A program made the position numbers and the translations under genes. The notes under the pieces are model-generated. The model ran no database searches and was not told the DNA's origin. It was given only the letters and a program-made list of their open reading frames with translations. This document shows, piece by piece, positions 17,985-27,315 of a DNA stretch of 64,000 bases. The stretch is from Gammaproteobacteria bacterium (GTDB taxonomy: Bacteria > Pseudomonadota > Gammaproteobacteria > Steroidobacterales > Foliamicaceae), in the NCBI GenBank assembly GCA_011523505.1, contig WTGP01000046.1:5046-69045 (forward strand), given 5' to 3'. The first letter of the stretch is position 1; every line of letters begins with the position of its first letter.

Positions 17985-20900
17985 ATGCGGGCAAACACGA
18001 CCGGGACTCATATTGGGCTGCGGATGCTGGCTTCGATTTGCACGGGGCTGGCAGCGCCGCTGATTGCGGCTTCGGTGCTGGCGCAGGATGCGCCGGACGG
18101 CGAAGACGCGCTGAGCGAAGCGCCTATAGAAGAAATCGTCGTAAAAGGAGTGCGGCGAACGATCCAGGATTCCATCGACCTCAAGCGGAATTCCGTCACA
18201 ATCGTTGACGGACTCAGTGCCGAGGAGATCGGCGCACTGCCGGCCCTGTCAATCGGTGAGGCGCTGGAGACCGTTACAGGTGCTGCGACTCATCGCGAGA
18301 ACGGCGGCGCTACCGAGGTTGCCATCCGGGGATTGGGGCCCTACCTGGGCAATACGGTCGTCAATTTTCGCGAGTCCACCAACGGAAGCGGCAATCGCGC
18401 GGTCAACTTCAGTATCTTCCCGTCCGAATTGTTCAATGCCGTTTCCATTCACAAAACTCAGACTGCGAGCTATCTTGAAGGCGCCGTCAGCGGTCAGGTT
18501 CACTTGAGCACCCGTCGGCCGATCGAGTACGGTGAACAACGCGCGCAATTCAGCCTCAAGAGCTCGGCGCATCCCGACGACAGCAACATCATTGGCCAGG
18601 ACGAGCGTGGTTACCGCGCCACCGCCAGCTACATCAATTCATGGGAATTTGAAGGTTTGGGCAAGATCGGCATATCCATCGGAGGGCAATTGCGCGACGA
18701 TTCCAATCCGGAAGCCGAGGCCACTCATACGACCGGCGGCGGGCGGTTCGAAGCCTGTGTGCTGGAATCATTCGATTCCACGGCGCAGCCGCTTGACACA
18801 TCCGGCCGCTGCGATGAAAACGCGGGCGACCCCGACTTGAGCAATGACCAGCTTCAGGACCTGATCGATTCCAATCCCAATTACAACAGTGTTTCGGATA
18901 TTCCATTCGCCTACATAGCTCGCGATCGCCAGTTCCGCCGCAATACAACGGACGATGACCGCGAGGCCCTGTTCGGGGTGATCCAGTGGCAGCCCAATGA
19001 CCGTCTGGATTTCATGCTCGATTTTCAGCAGTCCGAGCGGGATCAAAAGGAACTTCGCCAGGACCTTCAGTTCGGAGGAACCCAGAATAACCTGCGGGAC
19101 GTCGTTTCCAACCCGCGCACCGGGCTTCTGGAGAGTTTCGTCGCGGATACCGATATCCGATCCAAGACCACGGACTTCGTGCGCTTTGAAGAATATGAAG
19201 GCGCCGGCCTTAACATTGCCTGGCAGGCCACCGACGCGCTCGAAGTTTCATTCGATGCGGCGTTCGCGGACACCCGGCGTGTCGAGACGGATGTGGAGGT
19301 TCGACTGGCCGCGAACGAAGTGCTGATCACGGAACCCGACCGCGTTTCCAGCAGGGAAGAGTTCTGGGTCCGTTTCGATGTGGATGTGCCCGGCACGGAT
19401 GGACTTACGCTGCCGACGGTTCTCAGCACGGACGGCAGTAGTTCGCGCGATCCTGCATCGCTGCTGGATTTCGACATCAACGATCCCCGTTACTTTACCG
19501 CCCGCGACCGCGCGCAAGTTCGAGCCAGGCAGCAGATTCGCGAGCACACGATTGATGCCTTCAGGCTGGATCTGTCCTGGGACACCGACCTGGGTATTGT
19601 CAGCAATCTCGAGGGCGGCGTGCGCTTTTCTTCCCTTGAGTACCGCACCTTCGGCGGCAATCGCAATCGAGCCGGATTCAGCCTGTTTGACGACGAGGAT
19701 CTCGACGGCGTGCCGCACGGGAGCTCCAACACGCCCGAAGCCCGGGCGGTGGTCTTCAATGCCGCCAACAATTGCGGACAGGGCAGCTTCCCGGAGCCTG
19801 GTTTCCTTTCGGAATCCAGGGGCGGCAACGATCTCATCACGTTCGCGCACGGCATTGGCACCGGAACCGGATGGGCGACATTCGATCATGGCTGTTTGCT
19901 GGATGAGCTGCTTGCAAACTACGGCGGCAGGTCCGCGATCGGCTTCCAGAACGGCATCCAGACCAACAGCATCGACCTGACCGAAGATGTGACGGCGATC
20001 TACTTGCAGGCAAACTACGAATCACAAATGTCCGGCAGACCGGTGCGGGGTAATTTTGGCGTGCGCGTCGTGCGATCCGATGTCGATTCGATCGGTTACC
20101 GGACCCCGCTCACCGTAACGCAGGAAGAGGGCTTGTACTTTGTCGAGGAAGTGCCGGGCGCCGAGTACGAAGAGGTATTGCAAACCAATAGCTATACGGA
20201 AGTCCTGCCCAGCCTCACCTTCATCATGGATCTCAATGACGACTGGCTCTTCCGGGCTGGAGTGTTCAGAGGCCTTTCGCGTCCGGACCCCCACTCCTAC
20301 GGCAATAGTCGCTCCATCAACACCAACGACTCCGACGATCCGGACTCCGGCTACGCCAGCCTGGAAGAAGCAGTGCATGGCATCAGCTCGCCTGGCAACC
20401 CGAAATTGCAAGCCCTGCCGTCCTGGAATGTTGACGTGAGCCTGGAATGGTATGCCAACGAAGACACATTGTTGGCGGCCGGCGTCTATTGGAAGCAATT
20501 TCAGGGCGCTTTTGAAAACGCCTACCAGCCGGAAGACATTCTGATTGACGGAAACGTGGTGGCCGGCTCTGTGAGGACAACGCAGGTTTCCGATGACAAG
20601 AGCGACCTCATTGGTCTTGAAATCACCGCTACGCACGCCTTCGACTATCTGCCCGGCTTTTTGAGCGGCTTCGGCGCGAAGTTCAGCTACAACTACGCGG
20701 ATTCCGATTTCGAATTCGAGGATGGCCACGGCGGCGACGGCACAGCCTATGATGCGGACGGCAATCCGATTCGGCTACTGGGCCTTTTGCCGCCGGCCGG
20801 CTTATGGGGCCTGTCGCGCCATACCAGCGCAACGCAGCTTTACTGGCAGAATGATCGCTTCAGCGCGCAGGCGATTTTCAAGGCGCGTTCCCGGTACTTC

Positions 20901-21125
20901 CAGGGCTTCGGCCGAGATACTACAGCCCGCGTTCGATATGTGGATGACTATAAAACGCTGGACCTTCGCTTGAGATACGACATTACCGACAATATTGAGC
21001 TGTCGCTGGAAGGCATTAACGTGCTTAGCGAGCCGCGTATCGATTTCCGTGCGTTGGTGGGCGAGGTCGTTCAGACCCTCGAGTATGGTCCACGTGTGTT
21101 CGCCGGTGTCAGAGCGAGGTTTTGA
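17985..21125 (+). CDS. TonB-dependent receptor (T1), polysaccharide-locus type
   Basis: 1046 aa. SD ggagga lies 6 nt upstream. It has a signal peptide ending SVLAQD, the plug motif EEIVVKGVRRT...VTIVDGLSAEEIGALP and a C-terminal aromatic residue (...AGVRARF). Confidence 0.9.
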   Translation: MRANTTGTHIGLRMLASICTGLAAPLIAASVLAQDAPDGEDALSEAPIEEIVVKGVRRTIQDSIDLKRNSVTIVDGLSAEEIGALPALSIGEALETVTGAATHRENGGATEVAIRGLGPYLGNTVVNFRESTNGSGNRAVNFSIFPSELFNAVSIHKTQTASYLEGAVSGQVHLSTRRPIEYGEQRAQFSLKSSAHPDDSNIIGQDERGYRATASYINSWEFEGLGKIGISIGGQLRDDSNPEAEATHTTGGGRFEACVLESFDSTAQPLDTSGRCDENAGDPDLSNDQLQDLIDSNPNYNSVSDIPFAYIARDRQFRRNTTDDDREALFGVIQWQPNDRLDFMLDFQQSERDQKELRQDLQFGGTQNNLRDVVSNPRTGLLESFVADTDIRSKTTDFVRFEEYEGAGLNIAWQATDALEVSFDAAFADTRRVETDVEVRLAANEVLITEPDRVSSREEFWVRFDVDVPGTDGLTLPTVLSTDGSSSRDPASLLDFDINDPRYFTARDRAQVRARQQIREHTIDAFRLDLSWDTDLGIVSNLEGGVRFSSLEYRTFGGNRNRAGFSLFDDEDLDGVPHGSSNTPEARAVVFNAANNCGQGSFPEPGFLSESRGGNDLITFAHGIGTGTGWATFDHGCLLDELLANYGGRSAIGFQNGIQTNSIDLTEDVTAIYLQANYESQMSGRPVRGNFGVRVVRSDVDSIGYRTPLTVTQEEGLYFVEEVPGAEYEEVLQTNSYTEVLPSLTFIMDLNDDWLFRAGVFRGLSRPDPHSYGNSRSINTNDSDDPDSGYASLEEAVHGISSPGNPKLQALPSWNVDVSLEWYANEDTLLAAGVYWKQFQGAFENAYQPEDILIDGNVVAGSVRTTQVSDDKSDLIGLEITATHAFDYLPGFLSGFGAKFSYNYADSDFEFEDGHGGDGTAYDADGNPIRLLGLLPPAGLWGLSRHTSATQLYWQNDRFSAQAIFKARSRYFQGFGRDTTARVRYVDDYKTLDLRLRYDITDNIELSLEGINVLSEPRIDFRALVGEVVQTLEYGPRVFAGVRARF

Positions 21126-21148
21126 ATCCAACGGCTTCGCCGAAAAAT

Positions 21149-21895
21149 ATGAAGGAACAAAGGTTGTATGAGGACGTTGCGCAAAGGATTGCGCAACGGA
21201 TGCAGGAGGGTGTGTATCCGTCCGGCACCCGCTTGCCCGGCGAGCGCGAGCTGGCCGAGCAATTCAATGTCAGCCGGGTCACGGTCCGCCAGGCGCTGAT
21301 TTCGCTGCAGGCTCTCGGAAAGCTCGAAGTGCGGCCCGGGTCGGGAGCTCATGTGCTGGACGCCGCGGTCTCCCAAGTGGACGTGCTGCCCAGCGTAAGC
21401 GCGCTTGAATTGACCGAGGCGCGCTCCTTGTTCGAGTCCGAGGTGGCGGCGCTGGCGGCGCCCGATATCAGCGACGAGACTCTGGCCAAGCTTGAGCAAC
21501 TCATCGTGGACATGAGCAGCGACGACCACGATGACGTGGACGCGGCGGAACTCGCGGACCGGGACTTTCACTTGACCATTGCCGCCGCTGCCGGGAATTC
21601 CGTGCTCTACTACATTGTCGAGAAGCTCTGGCGGATGCGCATGGAGCTGGCGCCGGTCAAGAAGGTGTATGACTCCGTTTGCTCGGAAGACGCGACGGTT
21701 CGGGGCGGCGAACACCGTGAGATTCTCGATGCGCTGCATAGCCGCGATCCTTCCCTGGCGCGGCTGGCGATGAGAAAGCACTTCACGCGGCTGCTGGAAT
21801 CCATGCTGGACGTGACCGAACAGAAGGCGCTCAGGGACGTTCGCAGGAAGGCCAGCGAGAGCCGCGAGCGTTTCCTCAAAAGCGCACGAATCTAG
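21149..21895 (+). CDS. GntR-family (FadR subfamily) transcriptional regulator
   Basis: HTH LPGERELAEQFNVSRVTVRQALISLQALG plus an all-helical FCD-like C-terminus. I prefer the ATG at 21149 over the track's TTG at 21122. Confidence 0.85.
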   Translation: MKEQRLYEDVAQRIAQRMQEGVYPSGTRLPGERELAEQFNVSRVTVRQALISLQALGKLEVRPGSGAHVLDAAVSQVDVLPSVSALELTEARSLFESEVAALAAPDISDETLAKLEQLIVDMSSDDHDDVDAAELADRDFHLTIAAAAGNSVLYYIVEKLWRMRMELAPVKKVYDSVCSEDATVRGGEHREILDALHSRDPSLARLAMRKHFTRLLESMLDVTEQKALRDVRRKASESRERFLKSARI

Positions 21896-21919
21896 CTTTC
21901 CTTCTGCGTTAGCCCGCGC

Positions 21920-22013
21920 CAGTTTCCGTTACCCCTGTCTGAAGAGGCGCCATCCTTGGCTCGGTTCCGCAGTCCCTGCTCCAACGCTCTTCAGACAGGG
22001 GTAACGGAAACTG
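21920..22013. repeat. Perfect 27-bp inverted repeat with a 40-nt spacer, ending 9 nt before the PL6 start codon
   Basis: Left arm 21920-21946 cagtttccgttacccctgtctgaagag. Right arm 21987-22013 ctcttcagacaggggtaacggaaactg. I checked base by base that they are exact reverse complements. Confidence 0.85.
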
Positions 22014-22021
22014 CCGCTACC

Positions 22022-24223
22022 ATGATGAAAGGCGTTCTGGTAGCTTCCGCGCTCGCCCTTATCGCGGCGGGAAGCGCATCCGCAGCCGAAACGCTCGTCA
22101 CGAATCAGGAGGAATACCATGATGCGGTCGAGCGCGCCAGGCCGGGAGACGTCATCGTGCTCGCCAACGGGGTCTGGCGCGATTTCGAGATTCTCCTTGT
22201 CGGCAACGGGGAGCCGGACCGTCCGATTACCCTGACGGCGCAAACCAAAGGGCAGGTCGTGATCAGCGGCCAGTCCAACCTGCGGCTTGCCGGCAGCCAC
22301 CTGGTCGTTTCCGGATTGGTGTTCCGGGACGGCTACACGCCAACCAGCACCGTGATTTCCTTTCGCCGAACGAAGGGCGAACCCGCCAATCACTCGCGGG
22401 TCACAGAGACCGTAATCGACCGGTTCAACAATCCGGAGCGACATGAGATTGACTTCTGGGTGTTGATGTTCGGGCGCCATAACCGTTTCGACCACAACCA
22501 TGTCGTGGGCAAGGGCAATCTGGGGGTCACGATGGCCGTGCGGCTGGACGCTGAGGAAAATCAGCGAAACCACCACCGCATCGACCACAATTACTTCGGC
22601 CCGCGGCCGATACTCGGATCCAACGGCGGCGAGACGCTGCGTATCGGTACCAGCCACTACTCCATGACCGATTCGCTGACCGTCGTCGAGAACAACGTGT
22701 TCGATCGCTGCGACGGCGAGCTGGAGATCATTTCCAACAAGTCGGGCGGCAACGTCTTCCGCGGCAACCTGTTCCTGGAATCGCGCGGCACGCTCACGAT
22801 GCGGCACGGCAACAACGCCGTGATCGAGGACAACGTCTTCCTCGGCAACGGTGTGCCGAACACCGGCGGCATACGGGTCATCAACAAGGGGCATGTGGTC
22901 CGCAACAACTACCTGCATGGGCTTACCGGCTACCGCTTCGGGGCCGCCTTCACGGTCATGAACGGGGTTCCGGATTCGCCGTTGAACCGCTATCACCAGG
23001 TCGAGGACGTGCTGATGGAGAACAACTCGATCATCCAGTGCGACTACATCGAAATGGCCGGGGGCAGCGATGAAGAACGCTCGGCCACGCCCATCGACAG
23101 CGTGTTCCGTTCCAACCTGGTGTTCAACACCGACGGGAATAACGTCATCCGCGTGCACGACGACATCGGCGGTATCACCTTTGAGGGCAATGCGGCGAAC
23201 GCCGTCGATGACCTGCCGGTAAAGAGCGGTTTTTCGAACGCCACGATCGAGATGCGGCAGGCCGACAACGGGCTCTGGTATCCGGTCGGAGACGACCTCG
23301 CTTCAATCGGCGTTCGCGCGGACCTGAAGGTGCTGGACGTGGACGCAACGGGTGTTGCGTGGTATCCGAAACCCGGTTCCTCCCAGGCGACGCCACCCAC
23401 AATCCGCGTAACGCCCGGCGAGGACGCCCTGTTTGATGCCGCGAAGCGGGCTGAAGCGGGTTCGATTCTGGAGTTGGCCCCCGGCGATTACCGGGTCAGG
23501 AAGACCATCGTGATCGACCGGCCGTTGACTATAAGAGCGGGGCAGGGCCGCGGAACGGTGAGGCTGGAGTTCGAGCGCCCGGCGCTGTTCGAGCTTGACG
23601 ATGGCGGGCGCCTGGAACTTTCGGGCCTGGAGATATCCGGCGCAGCTTCTCCCGACATGTCGGGCAACGCGGTAATACGCACCAGCCGCTATTCGATGAC
23701 GAGCAACTACGGCCTGGTGGTCGACGACTGCTCGGTAAGCGACCTGGACGTCAATTACCTCTTCAATTTCTTCCTGGTGGCCAAGAACACGTTTGCGGAC
23801 GAGATTCGCATCACGCGCTCCGAATTCAGCGACATTACCGGCAGCGTGATTGCGCTGAGCCGGGAGACCGACGACCTGGGCCGCTATAACGGCGAGGTCA
23901 TTTCGGTCGTCGACAGCCGGTTCAGCAACATCGGCGGCGCCGTGTTCGACATTTACCGCGGCGGAACGGACGAGAGCACCTTCGGCCCCCGCCTCGAATT
24001 GCGTTCCAGCGTACTGGACTCGGTGGGCCACAATGCGCGCAACAAGACGGCCGCGTCGATACGGCTGCTCGGTGTGCAGGTGGCGGACATTCACGACAAC
24101 GATTTCATCGACAGCCGGCCGATCCGCGTAACGCACACGGTCGGCGATCCGATAACCCGAATCGCAAACAATCGGTTTACGGGCACGCCGGAACCGATCG
24201 TCGGCGAGATCGGCGCGCCTTGA
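22022..24223 (+). CDS. Two-domain PL6-family alginate lyase (chondroitinase-B-like beta-helix)
   Basis: I prefer the ATG at 22022 (MMKGVLVASALALIAAGSASA signal). NHHRIDHNYF, NGGETLRIG and ELEIISNKSGGNVFRGNLFLESRGTLTMRHG match the PL6 catalytic Lys/Arg region. At ~730 aa it has a second beta-helix domain. Confidence 0.85.
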   Translation: MMKGVLVASALALIAAGSASAAETLVTNQEEYHDAVERARPGDVIVLANGVWRDFEILLVGNGEPDRPITLTAQTKGQVVISGQSNLRLAGSHLVVSGLVFRDGYTPTSTVISFRRTKGEPANHSRVTETVIDRFNNPERHEIDFWVLMFGRHNRFDHNHVVGKGNLGVTMAVRLDAEENQRNHHRIDHNYFGPRPILGSNGGETLRIGTSHYSMTDSLTVVENNVFDRCDGELEIISNKSGGNVFRGNLFLESRGTLTMRHGNNAVIEDNVFLGNGVPNTGGIRVINKGHVVRNNYLHGLTGYRFGAAFTVMNGVPDSPLNRYHQVEDVLMENNSIIQCDYIEMAGGSDEERSATPIDSVFRSNLVFNTDGNNVIRVHDDIGGITFEGNAANAVDDLPVKSGFSNATIEMRQADNGLWYPVGDDLASIGVRADLKVLDVDATGVAWYPKPGSSQATPPTIRVTPGEDALFDAAKRAEAGSILELAPGDYRVRKTIVIDRPLTIRAGQGRGTVRLEFERPALFELDDGGRLELSGLEISGAASPDMSGNAVIRTSRYSMTSNYGLVVDDCSVSDLDVNYLFNFFLVAKNTFADEIRITRSEFSDITGSVIALSRETDDLGRYNGEVISVVDSRFSNIGGAVFDIYRGGTDESTFGPRLELRSSVLDSVGHNARNKTAASIRLLGVQVADIHDNDFIDSRPIRVTHTVGDPITRIANNRFTGTPEPIVGEIGAP

Positions 24224-26439
24224 TGCGCCTGTCCCTTGTCGTTCCGGCCCTGGCGGCCCTGGCGATCGGCAGCTGGCCGCAGGATGGCCTGACTTCCCAT
24301 CCCAGCCTGCTGCTGACCGCCGCAGATGTTGCCGATATCACCGCCACGATGCAGGATTCGCCGGGTTTCATGCGCTCGCTGGAACGGACCCGGGCGCGCG
24401 TCGACCGCTATTTCGCAGCCGAGCCCGATGTGCCGGCGCCCACCGATGCCGGCGGCGGCTATTCGCACGAGCAGCACAAGCGCAACGGCGTCGCGATCCG
24501 CGAGGCGGGCGTCGTCTATCAGCTCACCGGGGCCAGGCGCTACGCCGATCATGCCAGGTCGTTGTTGCTGGCCTACGCGGACCTGTATCCGGGCCTGGGC
24601 GAGCATCCGATGAAGAAGGAACAGACGCCGGGCCGGCTGTTCTGGCAGAGCCTCAATGAGTCGGTCTGGCTGGTTCACGCCATCCAGGGCTACGACGCGA
24701 TCGTCGATACCCTTTCCGGCGACGAGAAAAGCGCTATTGAGGAACGTCTGCTGCGGCCCATGGCCGATTTCCTTTCGGTGGAATCTCCGCAGACCTTCGA
24801 CCGGATTCACAACCACGGAACCTGGGCGGTGGCCGCCGTGGGGATGACCGGATACACGCTCGGCGACCCGTCGTACGTGGAAACGTCGCTTTACGGTCTC
24901 AATCGCGACGGCAAGGCCGGGTTCATCCGGCAGCTCGACCTGCTGCTGTCGCCGGACGGCTACTATGCCGAGGGTCCGTACTACCAGCGTTACGCATTGA
25001 TGCCGCTGGTGGTTTTTGCCCGGAGCATCGAGAACAACGATCCGGAACTGAAGATCTTCGAGTATCGCGACGGCCTGTTGCTGAAGGCGATCTACGCCTG
25101 TATCGAGCTTTCCTACGGCGGCCTGTTCTTTCCGATCAACGACGCGATCCGGGAGAAGGGACTGGATACCGTCGAGTTGCGCCACGGCGTAGCCATCGCC
25201 CACGCGCTGACCGGCGACCCCAGGCTGCTGTCGGTGGCGCGTCGACAGGAATCCTACGTGCTTACCGGCGACGGCTTCGAGGCGGCGCTGGCGGCGGACC
25301 GCGGCGAGGCCGAGCCTTACGAGCACCGGTCCGTGCTGCTCAGAGACGGCCCCACCGGCAAGCAGGGCGGTCTGGCGGTACTTCGCAACGGCGCGGGCCC
25401 CGGCCACCAGGCGCTGGTGTTCAAGGCCACGGCGCAGGGCATGGGACACGGCCATTTCGACAAGCTGCACTGGATCTTCTACGACAACGGCAACGAGATC
25501 GTGGCCGACTACGGCGCCGCGCGTTTCCTCAATATCGAGCCCAAGAACGGCGGGCGTTATTTGCCGGAGAACGAATCCTGGGCCAAGCAGACGGTCGCCC
25601 ACAACACCCTGGTCGTGGACGGGGAGAGCCATTTCGGCGCACGGCTGGCGGTTGGCGAGCGTTTCCATCCCGAGGTGCTCTACTTCGACAGCGAAAAGGG
25701 CGTTCATGTCGCGGCGGCGTCCATGGACGGCGCTTACGAGGATGTTTCCTTCAGTCGCACCCTGATTCTGGCGGACGGCGTGCTGGCCGACGGCCCCGTC
25801 GTGGTGGACGTGCTGGAAGTGACCGGTTCGCGAGCGCGGCAATACGACTTGCCGGTCCATTTCAAGGGCCAGGTCATCGCCACCAGCCCGCCGCTTCGCG
25901 CAATGACCGAGAAACTGATGCCGCTCGGCAGCGCCAACGGTTATCAGCATCTCTGGCTGAGGGCGGAAACCGGGGTGGACGCGGGCGAGCTGTTCACGAT
26001 GACCTGGCTTGCCGGAAATCGCTTCTACACGTATTCGATCCAGGCCGAAGAACCGCTGCAGGTGCTCTTTGCCGAACTCGGCGCCAACGATCCGCAGATC
26101 AATCTGCGGCGCGAGCAGGTCGTGATCCTGCGAATGCGGAGCACGGGCGACAGCACCTTCGTTTCCACGCTCGAAGCGCATGGCGAGTACGACGCGGCGG
26201 AGGAATCCACGATCGGCAGCGAAGGGTCGATTGTCGCGATCGAGCGGTTCGGCGAGGGCGACAAAGAGCTGGTGAAGATTGTCAACAGGCAGCGCGGCGA
26301 GCGCTACCTGGCGCTTTCATACGAACCGGACGAAGACCTCGAGCATGCAATGAGGGTCGCCGGCCGGGAGTTCGTGTGGAGCGGTTACTACGGTCTGTTC
26401 GATCAGAACGGGCCGGTCGCCTCGAATCATTCAAATTAG
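24220..26439 (+). CDS. PL17-family oligoalginate (exo) lyase: alginate-lyase N-domain + heparinase II/III-like C-domain
   Basis: ATGA overlap with PL6, and a signal peptide. Motifs: GGGYSHEQHK, IHNHGTWAVAA, YYAEGPYYQRYAL, GHGHFDKL, TVAHNTLVVDG. Confidence 0.85.
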   Translation: MMRLSLVVPALAALAIGSWPQDGLTSHPSLLLTAADVADITATMQDSPGFMRSLERTRARVDRYFAAEPDVPAPTDAGGGYSHEQHKRNGVAIREAGVVYQLTGARRYADHARSLLLAYADLYPGLGEHPMKKEQTPGRLFWQSLNESVWLVHAIQGYDAIVDTLSGDEKSAIEERLLRPMADFLSVESPQTFDRIHNHGTWAVAAVGMTGYTLGDPSYVETSLYGLNRDGKAGFIRQLDLLLSPDGYYAEGPYYQRYALMPLVVFARSIENNDPELKIFEYRDGLLLKAIYACIELSYGGLFFPINDAIREKGLDTVELRHGVAIAHALTGDPRLLSVARRQESYVLTGDGFEAALAADRGEAEPYEHRSVLLRDGPTGKQGGLAVLRNGAGPGHQALVFKATAQGMGHGHFDKLHWIFYDNGNEIVADYGAARFLNIEPKNGGRYLPENESWAKQTVAHNTLVVDGESHFGARLAVGERFHPEVLYFDSEKGVHVAAASMDGAYEDVSFSRTLILADGVLADGPVVVDVLEVTGSRARQYDLPVHFKGQVIATSPPLRAMTEKLMPLGSANGYQHLWLRAETGVDAGELFTMTWLAGNRFYTYSIQAEEPLQVLFAELGANDPQINLRREQVVILRMRSTGDSTFVSTLEAHGEYDAAEESTIGSEGSIVAIERFGEGDKELVKIVNRQRGERYLALSYEPDEDLEHAMRVAGREFVWSGYYGLFDQNGPVASNHSN

Positions 26440-26457
26440 TCGTTGGGGGATACAAGT

Positions 26458-27204
26458 ATGGAAGGCAAGGTAGCAATCGTCACCGGCGGTTCCAGGGACA
26501 TCGGCAGGGCCGTGTCGCTGGCCCTGGCCGAGGCCGGCGCCAGCGTGGCCGTCAACTATTTCAACGACGCGTCCGCCGGGAAGGAGACCGTCGAGAGCAT
26601 CCGGCACGCGGGCGGAACCGCGACCGCCATCGCCGGCGATATGACCAGGCGCGCGGACGTCGAGAAGCTGGTGGCCGAGACCCGCCGCGCATTCGGCGAC
26701 TCGATTGACGTCCTGGTCAACGTCGTGGGCGGTCTGGTCGCGCGCAAGGCCTTGCCGGAAATGGACGAGGAGTTCCTGGAGCATGTCCTGCGGCTGAACG
26801 TAACCAGCACCTTCCTGACTACGCAATGCGTTCTTCCCCACATGGCGGAGGGAGGTTCCATCGTCAATTTCGCCTCACAGGCCGGCCGGGACGGGGGCGG
26901 TCCGGGTGCGGCGGCCTACTCCACGTCCAAGGGCGCGGTGATGTCGCTGACCCGGGCGATGGCCAAGGAACTGGGGCCGAGCGGCATCCGGGTCAATTGC
27001 GTTTGCCCGGGAATGATCGACACGAGCTTCCACGACACGTTCACCAAGGACGCCGTGCGCGCCAACGTCGCCGCGGCCACGCCACTGCGGCGCGAAGGGG
27101 GACCCGAGGAGGTCGCGGACCTGGTCGCCTACCTTGCCTCGCCGCGGGCGAGCTTCATTACAGGCGCCAGTTTCGACATCAACGGAGGCACCTTCTTCTC
27201 CTGA
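26458..27204 (+). CDS. SDR oxidoreductase, candidate 4-deoxy-L-erythro-5-hexoseulose uronate (DEH) reductase
   Basis: ATG at 26458 (MEGKVAIVTGGSRDIG). YSTSKGA catalytic motif. The position directly after PL17 is typical of DEH reductases; the substrate is inferred from context only. Confidence 0.8.
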   Translation: MEGKVAIVTGGSRDIGRAVSLALAEAGASVAVNYFNDASAGKETVESIRHAGGTATAIAGDMTRRADVEKLVAETRRAFGDSIDVLVNVVGGLVARKALPEMDEEFLEHVLRLNVTSTFLTTQCVLPHMAEGGSIVNFASQAGRDGGGPGAAAYSTSKGAVMSLTRAMAKELGPSGIRVNCVCPGMIDTSFHDTFTKDAVRANVAAATPLRREGGPEEVADLVAYLASPRASFITGASFDINGGTFFS

Positions 27205-27315
27205 AGCCTGCAAACGCTCAGAAATCGGGATGTTTCGCCTAGTATTCCGGGGCTATTGATTGGGGCGGCGTGGGTACAATGGCTGCCCAGCGCACCCGCT
27301 TTTCTGGAACGACCC

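Noticed and set aside
17834-18208. 124-aa ORF starting in the AT-rich kduD/TBDR intergenic region (MVRAKAKNAWSILDNRYYWYYQFGMKGH...).
   Set aside because: It has no SD, an odd composition, and reads out of frame into the well-supported TBDR gene whose own start has a strong GGAGGA. The region is better explained as promoter and operator DNA.
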